From contig DATIIH010000013.1 of NCBI GenBank assembly GCA_035479875.1, positions 37,089 to 101,088 on the forward strand: DNA of 64,000 nt, read 5' to 3'. Each line of letters starts with the position of its first letter. The first letter of the stretch is position 1. This document shows positions 1-10,016 of this stretch, in pieces. The stretch comes from Patescibacteria group bacterium (lineage in GTDB: Bacteria > Patescibacteriota > Saccharimonadia > Saccharimonadales > UBA4665). The translations under genes and the position numbers were made by a program. The notes under the pieces are model-generated. The model saw nothing but the letters and a program-made list of their open reading frames with translations. It did not search any database and was not told the origin of the DNA.

Positions 1-89
1 TTCTTAACTTCAAAACTGATACCCTTGACTACCTCTCGGTCGTCATACTTCTTACGAAGCTTGTCTACTTTTAAAATTGTATGTGTCAT
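1..89 (-). CDS. ABC transporter ATP-binding protein, N-terminal fragment (runs off window start)
   Basis: Manual translation from ATG at 89: MTHTILKVDKLRKKYDDREVVKGISFEVK, a typical ABC ATPase N-terminus (L.K.Y....V.GISF.V). Not in the ORF track. Confidence 0.8.
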   Translation of the reverse strand, partial: MTHTILKVDKLRKKYDDREVVKGISFEVK

Positions 90-137
90 ACTTTTTACTA
101 TACCAGAATTTAACACTGTTAAATAAACCACAAAATA

Positions 138-174
138 AAACACCTGGGCACGGAATGCGTGGACCCAGGTGTTT
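138..174 (-). terminator. Intrinsic terminator
   Basis: 11-bp inverted repeat AAACACCTGGG/CCCAGGTGTTT with an inner CACG/CGTG stem, followed by TATTTT on the minus strand just downstream of the 188..385 gene. Confidence 0.75.
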
Positions 175-187
175 GTATAAAGCGTTG

Positions 188-385
188 TTACTTGTCGCGC
201 TTGACGGTCAAGAAGCCGTTCTTGACGTTCTCGCCGACGCTCATACCCTCAGGTAGGTCGGTAGCTTCAGGGCGCTCGTCCTTGCTGAAGTAGTAAATGG
301 TTTGTTCTTTACCGCCACGGAGGACGACCTTTTTCGAGTTCAGGTAGTAAGTTACGCCTTTAGAGTTTGTGTGCTTGTAGCCCAT
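188..385 (-). CDS. Small conserved-type hypothetical protein (65 aa, MGYKHTNSKGVTYYL...)
   Basis: ATG at 385 is preceded by an AGAGGGG SD-like sequence and the gene is followed by a terminator. Start trimmed from the ORF track. Confidence 0.8.
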   Translation of the reverse strand: MGYKHTNSKGVTYYLNSKKVVLRGGKEQTIYYFSKDERPEATDLPEGMSVGENVKNGFLTVKRDK

Positions 386-593
386 TGCTAGATATTCCCC
401 TCTTCTTAGCATTAGTAATGGTACCCCTACCATACTCTGATAGAATTTTGTTTGTCAACTGGTTTTTATACCGTAGACGCTGCAAAGACACTCTAAAAGG
501 CGCCAAAACATGGACATTTAACTCTTGCGCGCCATCGTGCTTATGTATTACACTGGGTCGTATACTAATAGCATGTAAATAGGGGGTTTTCCA

Positions 594-1205
594 ATGGAGT
601 TTAATCAAAGCATGCGGGCAGCCGCACCGGCTCACTCACCTTCTGGCGCTGCAGCCTCAGGTTCAGTGGGTGGCGGTAAGGCGTCAAGGTCATGGAAGGG
701 CAATCCAATGTGGCTCCGCGTGGCGCTTATCGTCTTGCTATTTGCTGCAACTGCAGTCGTTGTTGTCATGGTAGTACTGGTTTACCTCGGTGGTAATAAC
801 GAACAGACGTTTGTTAACAAGAGCCAAGAGCAAGCCGTATTCCTTACTAACGGACAGGTCTACTTTGGCCACGTTAAGTCAGTAAACAAGCAATACGTTG
901 ACCTCGAAGGCATCTACTACCTCAACGTCAACCAGCAAGTCCAGCCAAACCAAAGCGGTTCATCTGCAAATGCGGCTTCTAACCAGAGCGTTTCGCTTGT
1001 GAAGCTTGGTTGTGAACTCCATGGTCCGACCGATCAGATGCTCATCAACCGCGACCAAGTCACCTTCTGGGAGAACCTGAAGAGCGACGGTCAGGTAACC
1101 ACTGCGATTACCCAATGGGTCAAGCAGAACCCGACTGGTCAGAAGTGTACGACGAGCAACTCGACCTCTAACTCGAGCAGCACATCCAACACGACTAAGC
1201 CCTAA
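594..1205 (+). CDS. Single-pass membrane protein of a CPR-type family (VFLTNGQVYFG...LGCELHGP motif)
   Basis: One hydrophobic segment, SD-like GGGGG upstream, terminator downstream. Confidence 0.8.
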   Translation: MEFNQSMRAAAPAHSPSGAAASGSVGGGKASRSWKGNPMWLRVALIVLLFAATAVVVVMVVLVYLGGNNEQTFVNKSQEQAVFLTNGQVYFGHVKSVNKQYVDLEGIYYLNVNQQVQPNQSGSSANAASNQSVSLVKLGCELHGPTDQMLINRDQVTFWENLKSDGQVTTAITQWVKQNPTGQKCTTSNSTSNSSSTSNTTKP

Positions 1206-1227
1206 GTCGACGGATAGGCTACCAACG

Positions 1228-1260
1228 ACTAACCCCTTCCAAGCGAAGGGGTTAGTTCTT
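1228..1260 (+). terminator. Intrinsic terminator
   Basis: ACTAACCCCTTC-caagc-GAAGGGGTTAGT 12-bp stem followed by TCTTT. Confidence 0.8.
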
Positions 1261-1303
1261 TACCGGGGCAAGTGCGTTACAATAAATGTAAGAAATAATC
1301 ATC

Positions 1304-1906
1304 ATGGACAAGCGACAATTGCACCACATATGGACGCGCATCCGTCCGGTTAAAGTCTGGTATCTACTAGTTGCTGGTGGCTTTTTTGGGCTGGTGGCCG
1401 TGGTGGCGTTGCGAGACAACTATGTGACCATGACACAGCTGCGCGCCCACGTATACACGGCTGACCAAAACAATGGCGACGTGGAGGGTGCACTACAGGA
1501 TTTGCGAGCGTTCGTAGGCATGCACATGAACACAACGCTTGCGAGCACCGATGGCGTGTACCCACCTATCCAACTCAAATACACCTATGCCCGGCTGCAA
1601 GCCACCGAGCAAAAACGAGTAAACGACGTAAACGCAGCAGTATACACCGACGCCCAACATTACTGTGAGGCCCTCTATCCCAAGAGTTTTTCTGGCGGCC
1701 CCCGGGTGCCGTGCGTCGAACAGTACGTCGACAGTCACAGAACTTCGCCTGTTGCAATCCCAGAAGCGATGTACAAATTCGATTTTGTGTCGCCCACATG
1801 GTCGCCCGATGTTGCCGGCTGGTCGCTGGTGGCGGCTATTGTTCTGGCAGGCTTGTCGATCTTACGTTTCACAGTCGGCTATGTTCTGCGTCGGTTCATC
1901 CGCTAG
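1304..1906 (+). CDS. Hypothetical membrane protein (N- and C-terminal TM segments)
   Basis: 200-aa ORF with two hydrophobic segments and an upstream TACAAT -10-like element. Confidence 0.75.
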   Translation: MDKRQLHHIWTRIRPVKVWYLLVAGGFFGLVAVVALRDNYVTMTQLRAHVYTADQNNGDVEGALQDLRAFVGMHMNTTLASTDGVYPPIQLKYTYARLQATEQKRVNDVNAAVYTDAQHYCEALYPKSFSGGPRVPCVEQYVDSHRTSPVAIPEAMYKFDFVSPTWSPDVAGWSLVAAIVLAGLSILRFTVGYVLRRFIR

Positions 1907-1923
1907 CGTGCTAAACTTGATCT

Positions 1924-3216
1924 ATGCATATCTTTTTCTCTGGCATTGGCGGCGCTGGCATCGGACCTATGGCGCTCATTGCCCATCAAGCTGGCTACGA
2001 CGTTTCTGGATCCGACAAGCAAGAAGGCAGCTATCTGCGCTATCTTAAAGAGCATGGCGTTACCGACATTCATATTGGGCAGAGTTACGACCAAATTGCT
2101 GAGGCCCACGCCGTCGCCCCAATTGACTGGTTTGTGTACACTTCGGCCCTACCTATGGAACAGCCAGACGCCCCGGAGCTACGCTTTTGTGCCGACCACA
2201 ACATTAAGGCCACCAAACGCGACGAATTTTTAAGCCAATTTTTAGCCGACAATAAGCTCAAAATGATCGCCGTTGCCGGCACTCATGGCAAGACCACCAC
2301 CACGGCCATGGCTACCTGGACCGCCCAACAAATCGGCCTGCCAGAGAGTCATTTGGTGCCGGCCAAGCTCAGTTTTGCTGATATGGGCACCTTTACACCG
2401 GGCAGTGAATACTTCATCTACGAAGCCGACGAATTTGACCGTAACTTTTTGAGCTACCATCCATATGTCAGCCTGATTACCGGGATCGACTGGGACCATC
2501 CCGACATTTACCCAACGCGCGAAGAATACAACGAGGCCTTCCGCACCTTTCTCGGCCAAAGCGAGCGGACCATCCTATGGCAGGCCGACGTAGCGCGCCT
2601 AGGCATCACGCCCAACGACAGCCAACACATTATCGACGAGGATGACCCCGCAATTAATGAACAACTGCACTTGGCTGGTTTAGTGAACCGCCAAAATGCC
2701 TGGCAGGTTGCACATGCTCTGCACATGGTAACTGATAAGCCGCTCGACGAGCTTATTGGCCACCTCAACCAATTCCCGGGTGTGGCCCGCCGCTTCGAAA
2801 AGATCGCCGACAACATTTATACCGACTACGCTCATACACCGCCTAAGATCCGTGGCGCCTTACAGAACGCTGGTGAAGTCGCACCCGGTCGCGTCGTTGT
2901 GGTGTATGAGGGTCTGCACAACACCCGCCAGCACTTTATCAAAGACGAGCTCAAAACCCTGTTTGAGGGCGTTAAGCACCTGTACATCGTGCCTAGCTAT
3001 CTGGCGCGTGAAGACAAGAACTTGCCCCTGCTCTCACCCGCTGACCTCAAGAACTTGATGAATGAGACGGTGCGGGCGTATACCGACACAGCCGAGCTAA
3101 ACGACGCACTCAAAGACATGATTGCCACGCACGCTCAAGCAGGCGATCTCGTATTGTGCATCAGCGCTGGTGGCGGCGGCAGCTTAGACGAATGGCTGCG
3201 CAAGCAAACATTTTAA
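1924..3216 (+). CDS. murC: UDP-N-acetylmuramate--L-alanine ligase (Mur ligase)
   Basis: GIGGAG N-terminal motif, VSGSD, AGTHGKTTT P-loop, EADE, IDWDHPD, GVARRFE, DYAHTP. Confidence 0.88.
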   Translation: MHIFFSGIGGAGIGPMALIAHQAGYDVSGSDKQEGSYLRYLKEHGVTDIHIGQSYDQIAEAHAVAPIDWFVYTSALPMEQPDAPELRFCADHNIKATKRDEFLSQFLADNKLKMIAVAGTHGKTTTTAMATWTAQQIGLPESHLVPAKLSFADMGTFTPGSEYFIYEADEFDRNFLSYHPYVSLITGIDWDHPDIYPTREEYNEAFRTFLGQSERTILWQADVARLGITPNDSQHIIDEDDPAINEQLHLAGLVNRQNAWQVAHALHMVTDKPLDELIGHLNQFPGVARRFEKIADNIYTDYAHTPPKIRGALQNAGEVAPGRVVVVYEGLHNTRQHFIKDELKTLFEGVKHLYIVPSYLAREDKNLPLLSPADLKNLMNETVRAYTDTAELNDALKDMIATHAQAGDLVLCISAGGGGSLDEWLRKQTF

Positions 3217-3218
3217 GA

Positions 3219-4955
3219 TTATAAGAACGCGGCGGCTAGGAAAGCGACGATCAAAAGACCGACGCCGAGCCATAGCCATGGGCTGGTGAACGTGGATTGT
3301 ATTTGACCTGTGGGGTGAGCCGACAGGCGGTGCTTGAGGTCGGACTGGCGTGACGTGCCAGTGGTCAACTCGTGGTCGGCTGGTACTTGACCACTCGACA
3401 GGCCTGGGAATGGACTGATAGGTGCCGGGAACGCAGGTTGGCCGAAATCGTCGGCTGCCTGCGGCGCAGCGGCACCGGCGCCAGAATCTACAGGCATTTG
3501 CTCGCTGCGGCGCTCGCGCTGGAAAGCTTCGCCGTAAGCAATCGCACCTTGCACTTCGTGTCCTTCTTTATCGACCACGATATTGTGCCAGGTGCTGTGC
3601 TCCACGCGTTGGCCGGACGCGAGATCTGGCTGCTGGGCGGCTGTTTGTTCTTGGGCGGCGATCTGCTCAGCGGGTGCGGTAACCGAACGAACCTCACCTG
3701 GCTGCACCGGGCGAAGCTCGGCGGCGGCAGTCGCGGCTGCCGGTGCTGCCGCAAACCTGCTGGCCTCAAAACGTGGTGCACTAGAGGCGTCGGTTTGCAG
3801 TACGTTTGCCTGGGTAAGCTGAGCGACCTCACGGCGACTTTGCTCTGCGCCTTGAGTCAATTGGGTAATGGCGCTGGCCTGCTCTCTATTTTGCCCGCGC
3901 AGTTCGGCAAATTGCTTTTCGGCAGTCTTTGCGCGGCGCTTATCCATGCGGTGTGCAATGTAGGCACTTAGGCCCACGGCGAGCAAAAAGTTGCCTGCTA
4001 TACGGCGACGGTTGTCGTAATTCTCGAAGGATGGGTCGGGGCGCGGCTTTTCGGCGTAGGCCGGCGGCGCTGTGCCTTGTACCCAAGGATGCGGATCAAA
4101 GTCACGGGTTAAGAGCGCAGGGTTATTGCGAATCGGTGGGCGATAGCCGTGGGCAACCACACTAGGTGCATCGTCTGGCACTTCAGCATCATCGGACGCG
4201 TCGTGCTCGGGCACATATGAAACATAAGGCGGATCCCATTCAGTGCTCGCCGACGGCTCATGCTCGGCGGCATCGGCCGCAAATTCGGACTCGGCTTCGT
4301 CTGATCCGGCCCCGGCGGGTACAGCTTCGGCAGGGTCAGCCGCAAAATGCCACTCGGCTGGCGGTTCTATAATTTCGTCCAAGCTTGGGCCGGACTCGGC
4401 AGGCGCCGCGTTGGGAGTGTGCTCGACGGTGGCTTCGGCCGCAACAGGCACTTCGGCGGAACGCTCAACTTCTTCTTCCGGCTCGGCCTGAGTACTAGCG
4501 CGTTCAGCCCGCCGAATAGTTGGAATTACTGGCCGGGGCCATGCTGGTCGGGCAGTGGTCGGCGCGGGGCTGTCTTCGTCGTCCTCCTCGTCATCATCGT
4601 CATCTTCTTCGACTTCGGCTACGGGTGGACGACTTGCGGGCTCGGACTCATGTTCGGGCGGCAAGACGTCGGGCATCCTCCATACGGGGCTCTCGGCATC
4701 AGCACGCTCGCCGCCAGCCTGTTCGGGCGTGGGCGCTGGACGCTCTTTGGCTTCCTTGGCTTTTATTTCTTCGTAACGGTTAAAAGCGGCCAAGATTTGG
4801 CTTTGTAAGTCCTCGATAGCACTGCGGCGTGCCTGATCGGGATGCGTACTAAACATACCCTCCTCAAGTGGTTGGGTAGGCGGCAGCTCGTGGCCATCGG
4901 ACGACGATTTTTTGCCGCTTTCGTCGTCCTCATTCTTTTTAGGACTGCGTTCCAT
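3219..4955 (-). CDS. Acidic, Pro/Ala-rich hypothetical membrane protein
   Basis: 578-aa ORF with a low-complexity acidic N-half, central hydrophobic stretch, coiled coil and C-terminal TM helix. Confidence 0.75.
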   Translation of the reverse strand: MERSPKKNEDDESGKKSSSDGHELPPTQPLEEGMFSTHPDQARRSAIEDLQSQILAAFNRYEEIKAKEAKERPAPTPEQAGGERADAESPVWRMPDVLPPEHESEPASRPPVAEVEEDDDDDEEDDEDSPAPTTARPAWPRPVIPTIRRAERASTQAEPEEEVERSAEVPVAAEATVEHTPNAAPAESGPSLDEIIEPPAEWHFAADPAEAVPAGAGSDEAESEFAADAAEHEPSASTEWDPPYVSYVPEHDASDDAEVPDDAPSVVAHGYRPPIRNNPALLTRDFDPHPWVQGTAPPAYAEKPRPDPSFENYDNRRRIAGNFLLAVGLSAYIAHRMDKRRAKTAEKQFAELRGQNREQASAITQLTQGAEQSRREVAQLTQANVLQTDASSAPRFEASRFAAAPAAATAAAELRPVQPGEVRSVTAPAEQIAAQEQTAAQQPDLASGQRVEHSTWHNIVVDKEGHEVQGAIAYGEAFQRERRSEQMPVDSGAGAAAPQAADDFGQPAFPAPISPFPGLSSGQVPADHELTTGTSRQSDLKHRLSAHPTGQIQSTFTSPWLWLGVGLLIVAFLAAAFL

Positions 4956-5065
4956 AGGTTTCGACGTTTATAGTACCATCTTTTGCCTCTTTTGCCCAGA
5001 GGTAGCTTAACTGCACTACGGTAAAGGCAATCCTGCCAATGACTTGGGCTGAAAAAGCATGCAGG

Positions 5066-5527
5066 CTAGCGTGATTTGAGATAAATCATAGTAGTGATGC
5101 CGCCGAGCACAAGCATGAACAACACGGTTACCGTAATGAGCATTGCTGGCGTCTGCGATTGGCCGGGCGCTTTCTTGGGGTGCTCGGGCATAGGCGCCGG
5201 GGTGGTTGGTATATCGGCAGGTTGTGCGTCACCAGGAGTTGCTTCTTCCGGTGCGGATGTGTGCTCGTCAGGTGGCTCGGGCGCTTCCTCTTTGGGTGGC
5301 TCGACTACGGGGGTTGGTTCAACGGGCGGAGCTTCTCTAACCGCATCAGCATCATGGGTAACGGGTTCTGGTTCGGTCTTAGGCTCCGGGGTTGGTGGGG
5401 TATGAACCACCGAGGGATGAGGCGTATCACTAGCAGCTGCTGGTGCTGGATGTGCAGCCGCAGGCGTGGACGGGTGATGTGGGGCGGTCACATCCATAAC
5501 TGGTTTTGGCGTGTGTTCTGGTTGCAT
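5066..5527 (-). CDS. Pro-rich protein with C-terminal membrane anchor
   Basis: 153 aa, P/E/T-rich, TM helix followed by KSR; upstream TATACT. Confidence 0.7.
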   Translation of the reverse strand: MQPEHTPKPVMDVTAPHHPSTPAAAHPAPAAASDTPHPSVVHTPPTPEPKTEPEPVTHDADAVREAPPVEPTPVVEPPKEEAPEPPDEHTSAPEEATPGDAQPADIPTTPAPMPEHPKKAPGQSQTPAMLITVTVLFMLVLGGITTMIYLKSR

Positions 5528-5557
5528 AAATCGTTGTTAATAGTATATCACGCGGCA

Positions 5558-6373
5558 CTACAGCGTGTATCGACCGCGGGTCTCGCTAATCAACGATTCT
5601 TGCACTAAATCCGTCAGCACGCTTGGCAAGCGATCGTCGTCGATTACTAGGCCGAGTTGCGCATGAGTGTACGCCTTTTGACCCAAAAGTTTGAGCACTT
5701 GTCCGCGGATCTGCCGCCGCGAACCGTTAAATGTCGACTGTTTGGCATACTGCTTGCTCCTACTGTTGAGGTTGCCGATATCCTGTTTTAGGAACGTGCC
5801 GTAGTCCATGAGCGCCCAGTACCATTCACGGACATTGTCTGGCACGGTTGCCGCCACCAGGTCAAGGACCGCGCGATCGGAAATGTCACGCTGGCCGGCA
5901 AAGAAATGATGAATATACACGGTGCGGATATTGGTCTCGATGAATACTGCTGGCCGATTGTAGGCATAGGCCAGCAGCGCTCCTGCAGTATTAGGGCCAA
6001 CGCCCGGTAGGTTAGTTAACTCGTTAAGTGTGTTTGGCAGACGACCTTTGTGTTGTGCCTTGATGATTCTCGCTGCCTGCCATAAAAACTTGGCTCGGCG
6101 GTTATAGCCAAGCCCGCTCCACGATCTTAGTACCGCGGCTAACGGTGCGGTAGCTAACACAGTAAAGCTTGGAAACTGTTCTATAAACGGGCCAAACTTG
6201 GCCAGCACCCGACTCACCTGGGTTTGCTGGAGCATCAGCTCAGAGACCAGAATCTTGTACGCGTCAAAAGTGCCGTCAGCCTCGGGACGACGCCATGGTA
6301 AATCATGTCGGCCAGCCCGGGCATAATGCGCCCAAACGACCGCTACAAACTCTTTGCGCTGGCTTGCATTCAC
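5558..6373 (-). CDS. mutY: A/G-specific adenine glycosylase, short Fe-S-free form
   Basis: RHDLPWR, VSELMLQQTQV, WSGLGYNRRA, HhH motif LPGVGPNTAGA. No Cys4 cluster motif and no C-terminal MutT-like domain. Confidence 0.85.
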   Translation of the reverse strand: MNASQRKEFVAVVWAHYARAGRHDLPWRRPEADGTFDAYKILVSELMLQQTQVSRVLAKFGPFIEQFPSFTVLATAPLAAVLRSWSGLGYNRRAKFLWQAARIIKAQHKGRLPNTLNELTNLPGVGPNTAGALLAYAYNRPAVFIETNIRTVYIHHFFAGQRDISDRAVLDLVAATVPDNVREWYWALMDYGTFLKQDIGNLNSRSKQYAKQSTFNGSRRQIRGQVLKLLGQKAYTHAQLGLVIDDDRLPSVLTDLVQESLISETRGRYTL

Positions 6374-6387
6374 CCGTCCAGCATAAC

Positions 6388-8121
6388 CTACTGGCCTTGG
6401 CTAAAGCCAGCGGTGTTGAGCGCGTCCGCAACCTTGCGGGGCGTGCCGCCGTTAACGCCAACGGCGTAGTCGGCTGACTCGCTCTCGGTTGCCAAGCGGT
6501 ACACTAAGGCATCTGGGCCAACCCATGTCACCACCTGCGTCGCACCACCCGGCGCGCTCACCGTCACGTCGCTGCCGCCGCTTACCGTATGCGTGATCAC
6601 GTTGCCATTCTTAATCGACGCGCTCACGCCACTGCGGTTGGCATTGTCGAGGTATAGACGGCTGGCACCGGCGGCCGGGCTGGTGGTGAGCCCAGCGTTA
6701 TCGTTACTAACAGTGTATGCGTACCAGCCGTCGGCCGCGTTGAGGTCAAATGTCGAGAAGTCGGCACGTACTGCAGACGTCACCTCCTTGGTAAACGTCT
6801 GCTGTCTACCGTTACCGTCGGGATTAACCTTGTAGAACCCGGGCTGTACTGCGGGGTTGCTGGCGTCTGCCCCAACACTGTAATACACCGTGCCTTGGGC
6901 GCTCAAGACACCGCCAATGGTCGTACCGCTGGCCAACTGTGCGCGGCTGTTAGTTACAAAGTCATAACTAATGATGCTCGTGCCGGCCGCCCCGCTGTCC
7001 GGGTTAGTCTGCTCAAAAATGAGTTTAGGCCCGATCCAGTCGATGAGTCGGATCGTTTCGGCATGCGCCAGCGTGAGTGGCGTGCTATCGGCCACTGATA
7101 TGAGCGTGAGGGTATTAAGTGGCTGTCCGTCGGCGGCTTTTTGGCTGTCGCGTATCGAAACGAGTGCAGCGTGGGTGGCGTCCGGGCTCAATACCAAGCT
7201 GGTGTGTGTAGTTTCGGTGCCAGTGCCGGGTAATAATTGTTGGCGATTCTTGCCGTCCATGTCGGCTTTGAACAGATTGTATGTGCCGTCGGTTTGCGCT
7301 ACATAGACTTCTTTTTGGGTTGTTACTAACTCGGCGTCGGTTGTCTGGCCGGACGGCTGGAGCGCAAATTGGTCGGTACGATAGCCGGCTTTGGCAATGC
7401 TCACACTACCCGCAGAGCTATTGCCAGGCAATGTCAAAATCATCTTGCCCGTGTTGTCGGACGTTGCCGAGGACTGGCCGACGCTCGCTTCGGCACCAGT
7501 AATGGGCTGGTTAGTGAGATAATCTCGGACGGTAATGGTGTAACGCAAACCCACGCTGGTAAGCGAAACCTGCCCAAGTGCATTGCTGCCCCAGCCGATG
7601 ATGACGTGCTTTTTAACGGTGGCGAAGCCGAGCTGGGCAATGGTCAAATCGGCCGGGCCAAGTTTGAGACCGCTAAAGTGCGCAGTGCCTTTGACATCAG
7701 TCTCGATCTTTTTGCCTTCGAGCGTCACTTGTACATTTTTGAGCGGCGTACCCAATACGTTATCGAGCACGGTCACCGACGCCGTGCTCTGCACGCCCGC
7801 AGCATTCAGGCAAAAATAGCGAGCCGTTGGCACACCAGCGCCGACGCCTAAAGCTGCCAACAGCACAAAAAATGTAATCCACCTGCCCCATGCCGTGCCC
7901 AGCCAAAGGCTAAACACCCGGCCCACTCTATGCCAAAACCCGTGTTTGGACGGCGAGAAATTCTGGCGGCCAGCGCGGCGGTCGCTGTCTTGCCAGTCGT
8001 TTTGGCGGCCTTTGCCGGCAATCTCTTCTACTGCTTTTTCGGTGGTGGGGTCATCGAGCTCGGCATTAACCGGCTCGGCCCCGTTATATGGGAATGGCCG
8101 CCGGGGTGGAGTGTCCGCCAT
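6388..8121 (-). CDS. Membrane-anchored surface protein: carboxypeptidase-regulatory-like Ig repeats plus beta-propeller-like C-terminus
   Basis: N-terminal TM, repeated V.D.....P...A.V.......TD..G units, TolB-like region (LFKADMDGKNRQQLL). Paralogue of 8135..9934. Confidence 0.65.
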   Translation of the reverse strand: MADTPPRRPFPYNGAEPVNAELDDPTTEKAVEEIAGKGRQNDWQDSDRRAGRQNFSPSKHGFWHRVGRVFSLWLGTAWGRWITFFVLLAALGVGAGVPTARYFCLNAAGVQSTASVTVLDNVLGTPLKNVQVTLEGKKIETDVKGTAHFSGLKLGPADLTIAQLGFATVKKHVIIGWGSNALGQVSLTSVGLRYTITVRDYLTNQPITGAEASVGQSSATSDNTGKMILTLPGNSSAGSVSIAKAGYRTDQFALQPSGQTTDAELVTTQKEVYVAQTDGTYNLFKADMDGKNRQQLLPGTGTETTHTSLVLSPDATHAALVSIRDSQKAADGQPLNTLTLISVADSTPLTLAHAETIRLIDWIGPKLIFEQTNPDSGAAGTSIISYDFVTNSRAQLASGTTIGGVLSAQGTVYYSVGADASNPAVQPGFYKVNPDGNGRQQTFTKEVTSAVRADFSTFDLNAADGWYAYTVSNDNAGLTTSPAAGASRLYLDNANRSGVSASIKNGNVITHTVSGGSDVTVSAPGGATQVVTWVGPDALVYRLATESESADYAVGVNGGTPRKVADALNTAGFSQGQ

Positions 8122-8134
8122 GGCCGCCTACTGG

Positions 8135-9934
8135 CTAATAGCCCCCATGGTAGCCATAGTAATTCTGAGAAGGACGGAAGTCAGTTACCTTAAATGCTTG
8201 GCTGTCGCTGGTTATGCCGCTGGCAGGCATAATATACAGCTCGCTGCCATTTTTAGAAACCAGCAGGTATTGATCGGTGTACCAGCCATCAACTGCGTAA
8301 TCGCTGAGTGTTGCCACCTGCTTGGAATTCTTAGCGTCTTGGTCGCCGACGAACAGGACGTTCTTGCCGTCGCGGGACTCGCTCCAGAAGGTCAGGTTAC
8401 CCGACGGTGAGTATAGGTAATTCTTGTAGGACGGATTGTTGTAGAACTGGTCCGAGGTGATAGTTAGGTCCTTAACGGCGCCATCATCATACTCATAATA
8501 GTTAACGTCTGCGCCGGAGTTGTTGTAATGCTGATAGTAAATGACGTTAACCTCACTTGGTAAAGCATACCAACCACCGCTACTGGCCGCCGGGAACGTC
8601 TTTAGGTCCTTCTTGTTCTGGCCATCAACCTGAACGGCGCGAATGGCGTCTGTTTTGACTGTCATGTCTACTGGCGTGTAGAAGAAAGCGTTGGCCAAAT
8701 AGTTATACCAGCGCTCTACGTATACCAGTTTGTTACCAACGATAAACGGATAATCGAAGTACTGGTAGGCGTAGCTATTAGCGTCGCCCTGTGCCTGTGA
8801 CTGGTCGAGCACAGCGATCTGACCAGCCTCAGCGTTATAACTCTTAATGGCAAAACGGTTATTCTGCCAGTATTGCACCGTTGTGCCTCGATCAACCGTA
8901 TACACGAAATAGTGGCCGGACCAGCCAATCACCGAGAACGTGGCGTTGCCTTCGTCCATCGTCGTCAACTGGTCGTTACTGGTGTTGATAAGGAAGAGCT
9001 TGGGGTTGGTGCCGCCATCACGCTGGGAGAGCAGCGCCAGGTACTTCCAGTCGGTGGAAGCCAATAGTGTCGTATTACTTGGGCTTTCGCTACCCGTGCC
9101 AGCGAGTACGGTCTGGCGGGCCGTGCCGTCGAGGTTGGTTTTAACAACATCTATTTTGCCGCTGAGATTCGAGAGGAAGTACACTTTGCCGGCGGGCGTA
9201 ACTTTAAACGTGTTGGCTGGATCGACGCCGGCAGTTACCTTGAGCTTGACGTTCGCCTCGTTGTAGCCGCTCAGTGATACAGTGGTAGCTAGATTTTGGG
9301 CATTGGCCGCTACGACGATAGTTGCCTCACCTTTGGTGTCGGTTTTAGCCTCACTCTTACCTGCCGTAACGAGTGCGTTGGCCACTGGCTTGCCGCTGAT
9401 CGTGTTGAGTACCACCACAGGCACTTGGCGGCCCGTGGCTACCAAGCTCACCTGCGCAGCTTGTTTTTGCTTACCGAGCGGCACGGTTACTGAGCTGTCG
9501 GACGTTTTGTAATATGTCTTGGAGACTTCTAATGTGGTGGTGCCCACTTTGACGTGCAACGTAGCATGGCCCTTACTGTCGGTGCTTACCGTTTTGCCGC
9601 CGAGCATAACCGTAGCGCTCGTCACCGGCTTACTAGTTTGCGAGTCGATAACGGTGACGGCAAAGTTTTGCTTGAGCACCAGCCCAGCTAACTCGTAGCG
9701 GGTAAACGGCACGGCTGCAAGTAATCCCACGAGTACGACGATAGCCACCGGAATTGAAATCTTTTTATGAGCGAGTGCCCACGTCCACCACTGTTTATGT
9801 TTGGCGAACTTGGGGGCCTTGGACTCTTCATCCTTGGTGCCTTCCATCACGCGGTCATGCTTTGTTTCGGCGTGTTCGGGCGCGTGATGACCGCGCGGAT
9901 TTTCCTCTTGATCGGAACTATCTTCTTGTGCCAT
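8135..9934 (-). CDS. Membrane-anchored surface protein: carboxypeptidase-regulatory-like Ig repeats plus beta-propeller-like C-terminus
   Basis: Start trimmed to MAQEDSS (ATG 9934). TM helix, three TD.KG.A repeats, IDVVKTNLDGTARQTVL. Confidence 0.7.
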   Translation of the reverse strand: MAQEDSSDQEENPRGHHAPEHAETKHDRVMEGTKDEESKAPKFAKHKQWWTWALAHKKISIPVAIVVLVGLLAAVPFTRYELAGLVLKQNFAVTVIDSQTSKPVTSATVMLGGKTVSTDSKGHATLHVKVGTTTLEVSKTYYKTSDSSVTVPLGKQKQAAQVSLVATGRQVPVVVLNTISGKPVANALVTAGKSEAKTDTKGEATIVVAANAQNLATTVSLSGYNEANVKLKVTAGVDPANTFKVTPAGKVYFLSNLSGKIDVVKTNLDGTARQTVLAGTGSESPSNTTLLASTDWKYLALLSQRDGGTNPKLFLINTSNDQLTTMDEGNATFSVIGWSGHYFVYTVDRGTTVQYWQNNRFAIKSYNAEAGQIAVLDQSQAQGDANSYAYQYFDYPFIVGNKLVYVERWYNYLANAFFYTPVDMTVKTDAIRAVQVDGQNKKDLKTFPAASSGGWYALPSEVNVIYYQHYNNSGADVNYYEYDDGAVKDLTITSDQFYNNPSYKNYLYSPSGNLTFWSESRDGKNVLFVGDQDAKNSKQVATLSDYAVDGWYTDQYLLVSKNGSELYIMPASGITSDSQAFKVTDFRPSQNYYGYHGGY

Positions 9935-10016
9935 AGTTGTTACCCTTACTTTTGATTTAAGTCTAGCACAGCGCAAGGCTAGCGTGATAGCACTAATATT
10001 GGTATACAATGCCTGT

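Noticed and set aside
3372-4808. Several plus-strand ORFs of 68-199 aa
   Set aside because: Shadows of the GC-rich low-complexity gene 3219..4955.
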